Positions 1 through 7,197 of a DNA stretch of 21,024 bases are shown piece by piece (position 1 is the stretch's first letter; each line of letters opens with the position of its first letter). The notes under the pieces were generated by a model. The model was not told where the DNA came from and did no database searches. It was given only the letters and a program-made list of their open reading frames with translations. The stretch comes from Gemmatimonadota bacterium (GTDB taxonomy: Bacteria; Gemmatimonadota; Gemmatimonadetes; Gemmatimonadales; GWC2-71-9), in NCBI GenBank assembly GCA_003221005.1, contig QHTZ01000022.1:1-21024 (forward strand). Direction: 5' to 3'. A program made the translations under genes and the position numbers.

Positions 1-40
1 AATGGTAAACGATCACCTCGTCGATTGTTTCCGTTATCGG

Positions 41-75
41 GAGATCTCCTCGCGCCTGCGGCGCTCGGGATGACA
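41..75. repeat. REP-like short hairpin element (GAGATC...CTCGGGATGACA type)
   Basis: gagatctcctcgcgcctgcggcgctcgggatgaca, with inner GCGCC/GGCGC hairpin; resembles a widespread extragenic repeat shape; only one copy visible here. Confidence 0.4.
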
Positions 76-160
76 GCGTCCGCGTCTCGCTCCAGTCGAC
101 GATGAGCTCGCGTTCGGCGAAGTACCAACGCCCCTCGATCTTGGCGAACGTGCCGAGGTA
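74..160 (-). pseudogene. C-terminal fragment of SnoaL/NTF2-family protein
   Basis: Manual translation YLGTFAKIEGRWYFAERELIVDWSETRTL resembles the SnoaL_4-like C-terminus (Y.D.F.K.DG.W.FAER.L.VDW); no N-terminal part or start. Confidence 0.6.
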
Positions 161-194
161 GCTCGAGGCGCGGCCATGCCGCCGTCGGGCGCTG

Positions 195-373
195 TCAGCT
201 CACGAGTGCGCGGGCTTCGTAGCTGACGCGATGCGTCAGGATCGCCGCGACATTCGTCTCGGCCCACTCGCGGATGCCCTCGAGCACGGGGGAGAGTGTC
301 GCGCCGAGCGGCGTCAGCGCGTACGTCACGGCCGGTGGACGCGTCGGCTCGACGCTGCGCGTGCGCCATCCCG
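195..373 (-). pseudogene. C-terminal fragment of HxlR-family winged-helix regulator
   Basis: Manual translation TRSVEPTRPPAVTYALTPLGATLSPVLEGIREWAETNVAAILTHRVSYEARALVS* (TGA 195-197); upstream RDG motif is out of frame; N-terminal HTH absent. Confidence 0.7.
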
Positions 374-480
374 CATTGGTCCCCGGCGGCGATCACCGCC
401 ACCCGTGTGGGATGGATGGCGGTGAACACCTGTCTGTCGCTGCCTCCGCGCGCTGACGCGCGTGGAGGTGGAGGTGGATC

Positions 481-672
481 TCAACCCTGTGTGCCGACCG
501 CGCTCAGTGCCTGGAGCGCCTCGTTAGCCGCGGAAAACCCCGCGTAGGGGTCGGCGAGGTTGGCGCGCACTTCGTCGGGTGTGGCGCCCTCGATATTCGC
601 ACCCGGCAGTTCCTCGCCGAAGCCAATGTACTCGCGAGCGACTCTCTGAAAAACAGCAGTCAGTTCAGGCAT
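481..672 (-). CDS. HicB-family (UPF0150) antitoxin, probably degenerate
   Basis: LTAVFQ...YIGFGEELPGANIEGATPDEVRANL fits the HicB pattern ELPG...GxT.eEA..NL; diverged C-terminus; no HicA next to it. Confidence 0.65.
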   Translation of the reverse strand: MPELTAVFQRVAREYIGFGEELPGANIEGATPDEVRANLADPYAGFSAANEALQALSAVGTQG

Positions 673-902
673 GGCCTAGATCTAGCTTGGCGTTCAGAGC
701 GGAGCCGCTGTCGAACCCGCGAACGCTCGTCAACCCGACTTATCGTCGGCACGTCCACGCGGGAGATGTCCGGATCGGTCCGCTCAAACCTTGGCGACGC
801 CCGGTGGACGGGCGCCGAGGACCAGCGGGAACATCTTGCGGAGCTTGGAGTTCGACCCGACCCCCGAGCAGCGCTCTCCTGACCAGAACGAAAAGAGAGT
901 CT

Positions 903-947
903 AAAACGGGCGAAGCGCGACACGACTCATCATCGCATCGCGCTTCG
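903..947 (-). terminator. Putative intrinsic terminator after tRNA-Gln
   Basis: Perfect 10-bp inverted repeat CGAAGCGCGA (911-920)/TCGCGCTTCG (938-947), followed on the minus strand by CCCGTTTT. Confidence 0.5.
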
Positions 948-949
948 AG

Positions 950-1022
950 TTGCCCCTCCTGGGCTCGAACCAGGACTCTCCTGATCCAGAGTCAGGCGTG
1001 CTGCCAGTTACACCAAGCGGCA
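950..1022 (-). tRNA. tRNA-Gln (CTG)
   Basis: Minus strand TGCCGCTTGGTGTAACTGGCAGCACGCCTGACTCTGGATCAGGAGAGTCCTGGTTCGAGCCCAGGAGGGGCA; anticodon arm CCTGA-CTCTGGA-TCAGG; GTTCGA T-loop; no encoded CCA. Confidence 0.93.
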
Positions 1023-1071
1023 CCGGATCTACAACCTACACCGTCAGCCGTTTTGGGCTGTCCGAAGACTG

Positions 1072-1190
1072 CGTTGTACGTCGCTACGTCGCCACGTTGT
1101 ACGAATGCCCGGCGAACCTCGGCGCCCGAGGTCGCCACTCCGGACTCCCTCGCCACCACGTACAACGTAGCGTCGTAGCGACGGGCAACG
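1072..1190. repeat. Long imperfect palindrome in the tRNA spacer
   Basis: 32-nt arms 1072-1103 and 1159-1190 (28/32 complementary) enclosing an inner hairpin 1111-1136. Confidence 0.8.
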
Positions 1191-1195
1191 GTTCA

Positions 1196-1268
1196 TGGAG
1201 CTGAGGGGGCTCGAACCCCTGACCTCCTGGGTGCGATCCAGGCGCTCTCCCAGCTGAGCTACAGCCCC
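1196..1268 (-). tRNA. tRNA-Ala (CGC)
   Basis: GGGGCTGTAGCTCAGCTGGGAGAGCGCCTGGATCGCACCCAGGAGGTCAGGGGTTCGAGCCCCCTCAGCTCCA; G3:U70 Ala identity pair; anticodon CGC. Confidence 0.96.
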
Positions 1269-1280
1269 GCGCGGAGCGGG

Positions 1281-1344
1281 AACGTAAATCCGGCCCGCCT
1301 GACGAGCAACCCCTGAATTCTAATGCGCGCTCGCCGGCATGCAA
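1281..1344 (-). promoter_or_regulatory. Tandem sigma70-like promoters for the tRNA operon
   Basis: TTGCAT-16-TAGAAT (1344-1317) and TTGCTC-17-TACGTT (1309-1281), followed by a GC-rich discriminator-like stretch. Confidence 0.55.
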
Positions 1345-1432
1345 AAAGGCGTGGTGAGTGGTACGTGGTTCTTAACGGAGCGGCGGCCGGCCCCGGCGCC
1401 GCACCGAACCACTCACCACGCACCACGCCTTT
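1345..1432. repeat. Inverted pair of heptamer arrays (GTGGTGM / ACCACGC)
   Basis: 27-nt arms 1345-1371 and 1406-1432, 24/27 complementary. Confidence 0.85.
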
Positions 1433-1453
1433 AGTAAGTAGTTTTCCCCTTCC

Positions 1454-1894
1454 ATGCGTCCCACCTCCCTCACCTACTCCGGTGCCGTCGGCGCGCCGAT
1501 CGAAGAGGTCTTCGCGCTGCTCACCGACCCAAACCGCTTCCCGGAGTGGCTCCCCTACTGCCACGCCGTCAAACCCGCCCTGCGCCCCAACCGCAAAGGC
1601 GAGCGCCACCGCCTCATGTTCCAGAACGCCAAGCGCAAGACGACGGTCGAGATCGAGATCATCGAGTTCACCCCACCCACCGGCTACGGCTGGGTCGAGC
1701 TGCAACACCGCGCCGGCGCGAAAACCTTCTTCAAGCTGCAGTTCGCCGGCGGCGCCACGCTCGTCTCGATGAAACACGTCTGGACCCCGCCTACCTGGCG
1801 CGCCTGGCTGCTCGGCCAGCTGTACCGCCGCCGCGGCGCGCACCGGATGTTCGACGGGCTATTGCAGAACCTGCGAAAAGTCTTGACTCACTGA
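1454..1894 (+). CDS. SRPBCC/polyketide cyclase-family protein
   Basis: APIEEVFALLTDPNRFPEWLP is a typical START/SRPBCC N-terminus; C-terminal helix GLLQNLRKVL; GC3-rich frame. Confidence 0.85.
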   Translation: MRPTSLTYSGAVGAPIEEVFALLTDPNRFPEWLPYCHAVKPALRPNRKGERHRLMFQNAKRKTTVEIEIIEFTPPTGYGWVELQHRAGAKTFFKLQFAGGATLVSMKHVWTPPTWRAWLLGQLYRRRGAHRMFDGLLQNLRKVLTH

Positions 1895-1898
1895 TATG

Positions 1899-1973
1899 AG
1901 CCGCGCGCTGGGGACCCTTGCGAGGGTCGGGTGCCCGCTGGGCTGCCCGAGCAGGGGGCCCCAGCGCGCGGCT
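1899..1973. terminator. GC-rich hairpin between convergent genes
   Basis: AGCCGCGCGCTGGGG (1899-1913)/CCCCAGCGCGCGGCT (1959-1973) perfect 15-bp stem with further inner pairing; no U-tract. Confidence 0.5.
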
Positions 1974-2901
1974 AATCGGCGAAGGGAACCTCGATCGTCA
2001 TCCCATCCTTCGCCACCGTGACGTTGTCGAACACCGGCTTCGCCTCCTTCACAAGCTCCTCCGCACTAATCGAGTACCTCGCCGAAACATGACTCAGCAC
2101 AAGGCGGCGGGCTTTCGCGGCGAGCGCCACCTGCGCCGCCTCCTTCGCCGTCGAATGCCCCGTCTCCTTCGCCCGCTCCTTCTCCTCCTCCCCGAACGTC
2201 GCCTCGTGAATCAACAGATCGGCCCCCTGCGCGGCATCCACAACGCTCGCGCATGGCCGGGTATCGCCAGTGAACACAACCAAGCGCCCGGGACGCTTGG
2301 GACCGACAAAGCCGTCAGCCGCCAGCTTTCGGCCGTCAGCAAGCTCGATCGACTCGCCCTTTGAAAGCTTTCCCCACAACGGCCCCTCGGGTATCCCCGC
2401 AGCCCGGGCTTTCTCGACGTCGAACCGCCCCCGCCGCTCATGCTCCTTGAGCGCGTAACCGACCGATCCGCCGCCGTGCTCGGTCGCGAATACATGGATG
2501 TCGTAAGAACTGCGTGGTGCGTGGTGCGTGGTTATTAGGGCGCCCGGGGCCACCTCCTGGACTTGGACCTCGAAGGGGACCCGCTCCACTCCCAGGGAAA
2601 TGGCCTGAGTCAGGACCTTCTTTGCTCCCTTCGGGCCATAGAGGCGCATCGGCTCCTCCCGCCCCTGCAACCCCAGCGTGCGGATCAAGCCGATCACGCC
2701 GAGAAAATGATCGGCATGAAAGTGCGTGAAGAAGATCTCGGACAGCGCAAAGCTCACCCCGTAGCGCATCATTTGGCGCTGGGTGCCCTCGCCGCACTCG
2801 AACAGCAGGGTCTCACCTTCGCGCACGAGAGCGAGAGCGCTGACGTTCCGCTCGACGGTGGGCCGAGCAGCGCTGGTCCCAAGAAAAGTCACGGAAAGCA
2901 T
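1972..2901 (-). CDS. rnz: Ribonuclease Z
   Basis: FLGTSAARPT, THFHADH metallo-beta-lactamase motif, GIPEGP exosite, GDTRP, HEATF, GHST; ATG 2901 preferred because the upstream extension is repeat-derived. Confidence 0.95.
   Translation of the reverse strand: MLSVTFLGTSAARPTVERNVSALALVREGETLLFECGEGTQRQMMRYGVSFALSEIFFTHFHADHFLGVIGLIRTLGLQGREEPMRLYGPKGAKKVLTQAISLGVERVPFEVQVQEVAPGALITTHHAPRSSYDIHVFATEHGGGSVGYALKEHERRGRFDVEKARAAGIPEGPLWGKLSKGESIELADGRKLAADGFVGPKRPGRLVVFTGDTRPCASVVDAAQGADLLIHEATFGEEEKERAKETGHSTAKEAAQVALAAKARRLVLSHVSARYSISAEELVKEAKPVFDNVTVAKDGMTIEVPFAD
2511..2531. repeat. (TGCGTGG)3 in-frame inside rnz
   Basis: Three perfect heptamers = 21 nt, within the segment encoding TTHHAPRS. 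Confidence 0.85.
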
Positions 2902-2913
2902 GGGGCGAATATA

Positions 2914-2986
2914 ACGGGACACGGGAAACGAGAAACGGGAAACGTGCATGCACCACGTTTCCCGTTTCCCGTTTCTCGTGTCCCGT
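2914..2986. repeat. Inverted pair of heptamer arrays (ACGRGAA)
   Basis: 33-nt arms 2914-2946 and 2954-2986, 31/33 complementary, 7-nt loop; fills the mlaD-rnz gap. Confidence 0.9.
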
Positions 2987-3876
2987 CAAAAGACCTTAAC
3001 GGTCAGATAGCGCCCGGGTCGTTCTTTAAGATCTGTGAGCAGCGAGCTCAGCGCCGCCAGCGTCGCATTCAAGTTTTTATAAAGCATCGTATCCGTCGCC
3101 ATCCGGCCTAGCGTCCCCTCCCCCTTGTTCATCGTGGTGAGGAGCTCGTTCAACGACTTGGTCGCGGCAGCGAGATGGGCGCTGAGCTGGCCCAGGTTGG
3201 CGGTGAGCGTGTCGAGCCGGCGGCCGCTCGCGGCGGCATCGCGCGTGCCGAGCACTGAGTCGATCCGCGCCATCACGTTCTGCACCGTCTTCAAGGTCTG
3301 CGTCGTCTGCTGCACCATGGGACCGTTCGACGCCTCGGACAGCGCCTTCATGCCGCGCTGCGTGACCACGAGCGTGTTGTGCAGGTCGGCCGCGAGCTGG
3401 CCAGGATTCAACCCGCGGTTCACGTTCTCGATCAGCTGGCTCGCGTTGCTCGCCGCCCGCGACGCGATGTCCGCGAACTGCTCCTCGGCCACGCCGGGGA
3501 TCGGTGTGCCCTGGGCCAGCGGCTCGTCCTTCGCGCCGGGGTTGTAGGCCACGTACTTGGCGCCCAGGAAATCCGCCGAGGCGACGGCGGCGCTCGCGTC
3601 GGCGTGGGGCCGCACGTCGGAGCTGACCTGGATCGTGACGATCACCTTCCCCACCTTGTCCAGGTGCACCCGCGCCACCCGGCCCTTCGTCACGCCCGAG
3701 ACGCGCACCGGGTCCCCTTCCTTCAACCCGCTCACGTCCTTGAACACCACGTCCACCCCGATGCCCTTGCTCACGATCGAGCGGCCCGTGAGCCAGAACA
3801 TCCCGAGCGTGAACGCGACGAGGCCGAGGATCACGAGCGCCCCGACGCTCACCTCTTCCTTATAGCTAACTTCCAT
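2986..3876 (-). CDS. mlaD: MCE/MlaD family protein
   Basis: N-terminal TM, F.DVSGLKEGDPVRVSGV..GRV, FLGAKYV, helical region, GEGTLG and DLKERPGRY tail. Confidence 0.92.
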   Translation of the reverse strand: MEVSYKEEVSVGALVILGLVAFTLGMFWLTGRSIVSKGIGVDVVFKDVSGLKEGDPVRVSGVTKGRVARVHLDKVGKVIVTIQVSSDVRPHADASAAVASADFLGAKYVAYNPGAKDEPLAQGTPIPGVAEEQFADIASRAASNASQLIENVNRGLNPGQLAADLHNTLVVTQRGMKALSEASNGPMVQQTTQTLKTVQNVMARIDSVLGTRDAAASGRRLDTLTANLGQLSAHLAAATKSLNELLTTMNKGEGTLGRMATDTMLYKNLNATLAALSSLLTDLKERPGRYLTVKVF

Positions 3877-4651
3877 CTTTCCGCACGTTGGCCACCGACT
3901 CGGCCTGGATGAGGCTCATCTCGAGGTCGCGCTCCAGGAACTGGAGCACCGCGGCATCGCGGGAGCCGAGGATCTGCTCGGGGGTCCCGACCGCGCGGAT
4001 CTTCGACTGCCACAACAGCGCCACCCGGTCCGCCACCCGGAAGCTGCCGCGCACGTCGTGTGACACCACAACGCTCGTCACCCCCAGCTCGTCCCGCAGC
4101 CGCTCCACCAGCCCGTCGATCACGTCGGCATTCACCGGGTCGAGCCCCGAGGTGGGCTCGTCGTACAAGAGGTACTTGGGCTTCCCCGCGATCGCGCGCG
4201 CGATCCCCACGCGCTTCTTCATCCCCCCGGATAGCTCCGCCGGGTACTTCTCGGCGACGTCGGGGGCGAGGTTCACGAGCCGCAGACACTCGCGCACCCG
4301 GTCAGCGCAATAGCCGTCGTCGCTATAGCACGTCTCGTCGGTGATGCCGAGCCGGATGTTCTCGGCCACGGTGTCGGAATCGAACAGCGCCCCGTACTGG
4401 AACACGTAGCCGATGCGCGAGCGCAGCTCGGACAGCTCCCCGCGCTTGAGCCGCTGCACGTGCAGCCCGTCCACCACGACATCCCCCGCGTCGGGCCGCA
4501 GCAGCCCGTTGATCATCTTGAGGGTCACGCTCTTGCCGACACCCGAGGGGCCGAGCAGCGCCAGCGTCTCGCCGTCCCGCACCTCGAGACTCACGCCATC
4601 CAGGACCACGTTGTCGAGGAAGCGCTTGTGGATGTCGCTGAGCTGGATCAT
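3866..4651 (-). CDS. mlaF: ABC transporter ATP-binding protein MlaF
   Basis: GPSGVGKS Walker A, FQYGALFDS, LSGGMKKR, YDEPTSGLDP; ATG 4651 overlaps the mlaE stop (ATGA). Confidence 0.93.
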   Translation of the reverse strand: MIQLSDIHKRFLDNVVLDGVSLEVRDGETLALLGPSGVGKSVTLKMINGLLRPDAGDVVVDGLHVQRLKRGELSELRSRIGYVFQYGALFDSDTVAENIRLGITDETCYSDDGYCADRVRECLRLVNLAPDVAEKYPAELSGGMKKRVGIARAIAGKPKYLLYDEPTSGLDPVNADVIDGLVERLRDELGVTSVVVSHDVRGSFRVADRVALLWQSKIRAVGTPEQILGSRDAAVLQFLERDLEMSLIQAESVANVRKDGS

Positions 4652-5445
4652 TTGCCGAGCAACAGCTTCGTGATCACCACGTCGAGCAGCAGGATCGACA
4701 CCGACGCCGCCACGACCGCGGTGGTGGCCGCGCGCCCCACCCCTTCGGCCCCCTGCTGGGTGTTGTACCCGATGTAGCAGGGGATCACGGTGACGGCGCC
4801 CGCGAACCAGTAGCTCTTGATGAGCGAGTACCAGAGGTCGAGCGGCCGGAAGAAGAAGCGCGCCCCGTAGGTGAAGTCGGCGTCGGTGATGCCGAGCGAC
4901 TGCTTCGCCGTAATCCAGCCGACGAACAGCCCCATCCCGTTCGCGAACATCGTGAGCGCGGGGACCACCAGCAGGCCGGCGAGCACCCGCGGCAACAGGA
5001 GGTGCGAGATCGGGGAGCGGCCCAGGCTCTCGAGGGCATCGATCTGCTCGGTGACGCGCATCGTGCCGAGCTCGGCGGCGTAGCGGGCGCCGATCCGCCC
5101 CGCGAGGATCAGCCCCGTGAGCACGGGGCCGAGCTCGAGGATCATGGATTCGCTGATGACGGCGCCGGCGTAGTAGAGCGGCAGGGTGCCGGTGAACTGG
5201 TAGCCGGCCTGGAGGCTCGTCACCGCCCCCGCGAACCCGGCCACGAGCAGCACGATGAAGAGGCTGCCGAAGCCGACGCCGGTCGCCTGCTCGAAGGTGC
5301 GGGGGAGATAGATGCGCCACTCCGCGAGCCCGCGGAGCATGTCGATGAAGAGGTAGGTGAAGCGACCCGCGTGGCCGGCCGAGCGCAGCGTCCACCGCCC
5401 GACCAGCCGCCGCAGGTCAAGCGTGATCTCCGCCCGCCGCGCCAT
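4648..5445 (-). CDS. mlaE: ABC transporter permease MlaE
   Basis: ELGPVLTGLILAGRIGARYAAELGTMRVTEQIDALE, GAEGVGRAATTAVV; start 5445 or 5454. Confidence 0.93.
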   Translation of the reverse strand: MARRAEITLDLRRLVGRWTLRSAGHAGRFTYLFIDMLRGLAEWRIYLPRTFEQATGVGFGSLFIVLLVAGFAGAVTSLQAGYQFTGTLPLYYAGAVISESMILELGPVLTGLILAGRIGARYAAELGTMRVTEQIDALESLGRSPISHLLLPRVLAGLLVVPALTMFANGMGLFVGWITAKQSLGITDADFTYGARFFFRPLDLWYSLIKSYWFAGAVTVIPCYIGYNTQQGAEGVGRAATTAVVAASVSILLLDVVITKLLLGK

Positions 5446-5465
5446 GGCGTGCATATTGTGTAAGC

Positions 5466-6164
5466 ATGCCCCGTAAGTCCATCCCCCAAGCTCGTAAACC
5501 CCGGTCGGCGCAGCGCTTTAGACGGCTGCTCCTGGCGTGGTACGCCCGCGCCGCGCGCGACCTGCCGTGGCGCCGCACCCGCGATCCGTACCGCGTGCTC
5601 GTCTCCGAAGTGATGCTGCAGCAGACGCAGGTGAGCCGGGTGGCGGAATACTACCCGCGGTTCCTTGAGAAATTCCCGGATCTCAGGAGCCTAGCCTCGG
5701 CGCCCGCGCGCGCCGTGCGCGAGGCGTGGGATGGGCTCGGGTATTATGCGCGCGCGCGCAGTCTTCATGCGCTGGCGAGAAGCGTTGCCGGGAGAGGCGA
5801 GGCCGGAAGAGGCGTTGCCAAGTTGCCGGAAGATCCGCAGGAGCTCGTGAAGCTTCCCGGCATCGGCCCCTACACAGCTGGTGCCGTCGCGTCGTTTGCT
5901 TACGAGAAACCTGTTCCCGCCGTCGATACGAATGTGCGGCGGGTGTTACGGCGCGTTTTTCTAGGGGACGCGGGACGAGGGACCGGGGACGGGTACATCT
6001 GGGAACTGGCCAGGGCTCTCGTACCGAAAGACGGCAAGAGGGCGTGGCGATTCAATCAAGCGATTATGGAACTAGGGGCGCTCATATGCAGGGCAAGACG
6101 TCCGCAGTGCAGTCAGTGCCCAGTGAGACCAGTGTGCAGGACGGGAAAACGACTAGACGCATAG
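5466..6164 (+). CDS. mutY: A/G-specific adenine glycosylase, short form (no C-terminal MutT-like domain)
   Basis: RDLPWR, SEVMLQQTQV, WDGLGYYARA, HhH LPGIGPYTAGA, VDTNVRRV, C-x6-C-x2-C-x5-C Fe-S motif. Confidence 0.85.
   Translation: MPRKSIPQARKPRSAQRFRRLLLAWYARAARDLPWRRTRDPYRVLVSEVMLQQTQVSRVAEYYPRFLEKFPDLRSLASAPARAVREAWDGLGYYARARSLHALARSVAGRGEAGRGVAKLPEDPQELVKLPGIGPYTAGAVASFAYEKPVPAVDTNVRRVLRRVFLGDAGRGTGDGYIWELARALVPKDGKRAWRFNQAIMELGALICRARRPQCSQCPVRPVCRTGKRLDA
5965..5992. repeat. GGGACGN heptamer array in-frame inside mutY
   Basis: gggacgc gggacga gggaccg gggacgg, encoding GDAGRGTGDG. Confidence 0.8.
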
Positions 6165-6255
6165 ACGGACAGCGGTGAACAGATCTTAGTGAAGAGGGTT
6201 TTCCTCGAACTGGCGACTATTCACCACTGTGCGTCTGTGCGTCTAGTCTTTGCAT
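6151..6255. repeat. Inverted pair of octamer (YAGACGCA) arrays
   Basis: 29-nt arms 6151-6179 and 6220-6248 (26/29 complementary); left arm contains the mutY TAG. Confidence 0.85.
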
Positions 6256-6273
6256 CGGCTCGCCGCTATCCGT

Positions 6274-6735
6274 CTACGACCTACCAAGTGTCGCCGCAAA
6301 GAGCGCTATCAAGCCTAGCGATCCTGAAATTGTCGCGGCCAGGATCTGCCGCTTCCGTAGCCCGTGGAAGGCTTCCGGTAGCTCGCCTCGAGGGTCCACC
6401 TCGATCCGTGCCAGTCTAGCGGCCGTCGGGACACTTACGGCCATCGCCGCGATGGCGCCGAGGATCCCCGCTCCCATCATCACGTTGAGCCACACGGGCA
6501 TGTCGCCCGAGCGCATGTACGGCCCGCTCAGGACGAGCACGACGCCCGAGATGACGACGCCTGCCGCGCCCGGCCCGACGAGCAAGCGCTGGATCGCACC
6601 GATCAGCCGATAAGCCTTGAGGCGCTCGGCGGGAGCGAACCTCTTGGCGGTCACGCCAGCGACCATGGTGGCAATTCCGCCGCCCAGCCAGAGAGTGAAG
6701 CCGAGGACATGCACCAGTAACCAGAATCCACGCAT
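6274..6735 (-). CDS. Four-TM membrane protein (DUF2269/CopD-like)
   Basis: LLVHVLGFTLWLGG N-terminal helix and four hydrophobic segments; starts 3 nt after the upstream gene's stop. Confidence 0.75.
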   Translation of the reverse strand: MRGFWLLVHVLGFTLWLGGGIATMVAGVTAKRFAPAERLKAYRLIGAIQRLLVGPGAAGVVISGVVLVLSGPYMRSGDMPVWLNVMMGAGILGAIAAMAVSVPTAARLARIEVDPRGELPEAFHGLRKRQILAATISGSLGLIALFAATLGRS

Positions 6736-6738
6736 CGT

Positions 6739-7149
6739 CTACCCCCTCACCACTTCAGGGACGGGCTGCCGGCCTGCATATCCGGCCTCCAAGTCATGCC
6801 AGTGTTCAATCCTGTCCTCTCCCACTTTCCAGCACCAGAAAACGTCTCGGCCATCCAGCTTGCCGTAGAAATCCACGAGCCCCTGCTCGAATCCCTTGAA
6901 CACGCATCCCACCTGCTCCAGCTCCTCGAGGTACTGATTGATGTTGCGCGCCACGGCCTCGATGTCGCCGCGCAGCTCGAGCTGCTCGTTCGATTCGCCC
7001 CACTCGGGCCGAGCCTGAGCGGCGGCATACTCATAGCGATATACGAGCTCGCGCCACTTTGGGTACAGGGCAGTAATGTCGGCGACGACTCGTTTGACCA
7101 ACGGGAGAGTACGGTTGGCTTCGGCGAGTGTGAAATACTTACGAGGCAT
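6739..7149 (-). CDS. DUF2203 family protein
   Basis: FTLAEANRTLPLV...GCVFKG.EQGLVDF...FWCWKVGE.RIEHWH..EAGYAGRQP. Confidence 0.88.
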   Translation of the reverse strand: MPRKYFTLAEANRTLPLVKRVVADITALYPKWRELVYRYEYAAAQARPEWGESNEQLELRGDIEAVARNINQYLEELEQVGCVFKGFEQGLVDFYGKLDGRDVFWCWKVGEDRIEHWHDLEAGYAGRQPVPEVVRG

Positions 7150-7171
7150 GAGTCAAAAGTACTGCGGGGCA

Positions 7172-7197
7172 ATGCAAAGACTAGACGCATAGACGCA
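7172..7197. repeat. Octamer array, inverted copy of 6230-6255
   Basis: atgcaaagactagacgcatagacgca, 25/26 match to the reverse complement of 6230-6255; contains the patatin stop. Confidence 0.85.

Noticed and set aside
579-1178. 199-aa and other ORFs over the tRNA region; possible integrase remnant at 680-900
   Set aside because: They overlap tRNA-Gln or show no recognisable motif in the frames I translated
3866-5395. 509-aa extended MlaF
   Set aside because: The extension is an off-frame read of mlaE; the true start is 4651 (ATGA coupling)
5790-5815. Possible second array in mutY (GRGEAGRG)
   Set aside because: Too degenerate to define a repeat unit confidently
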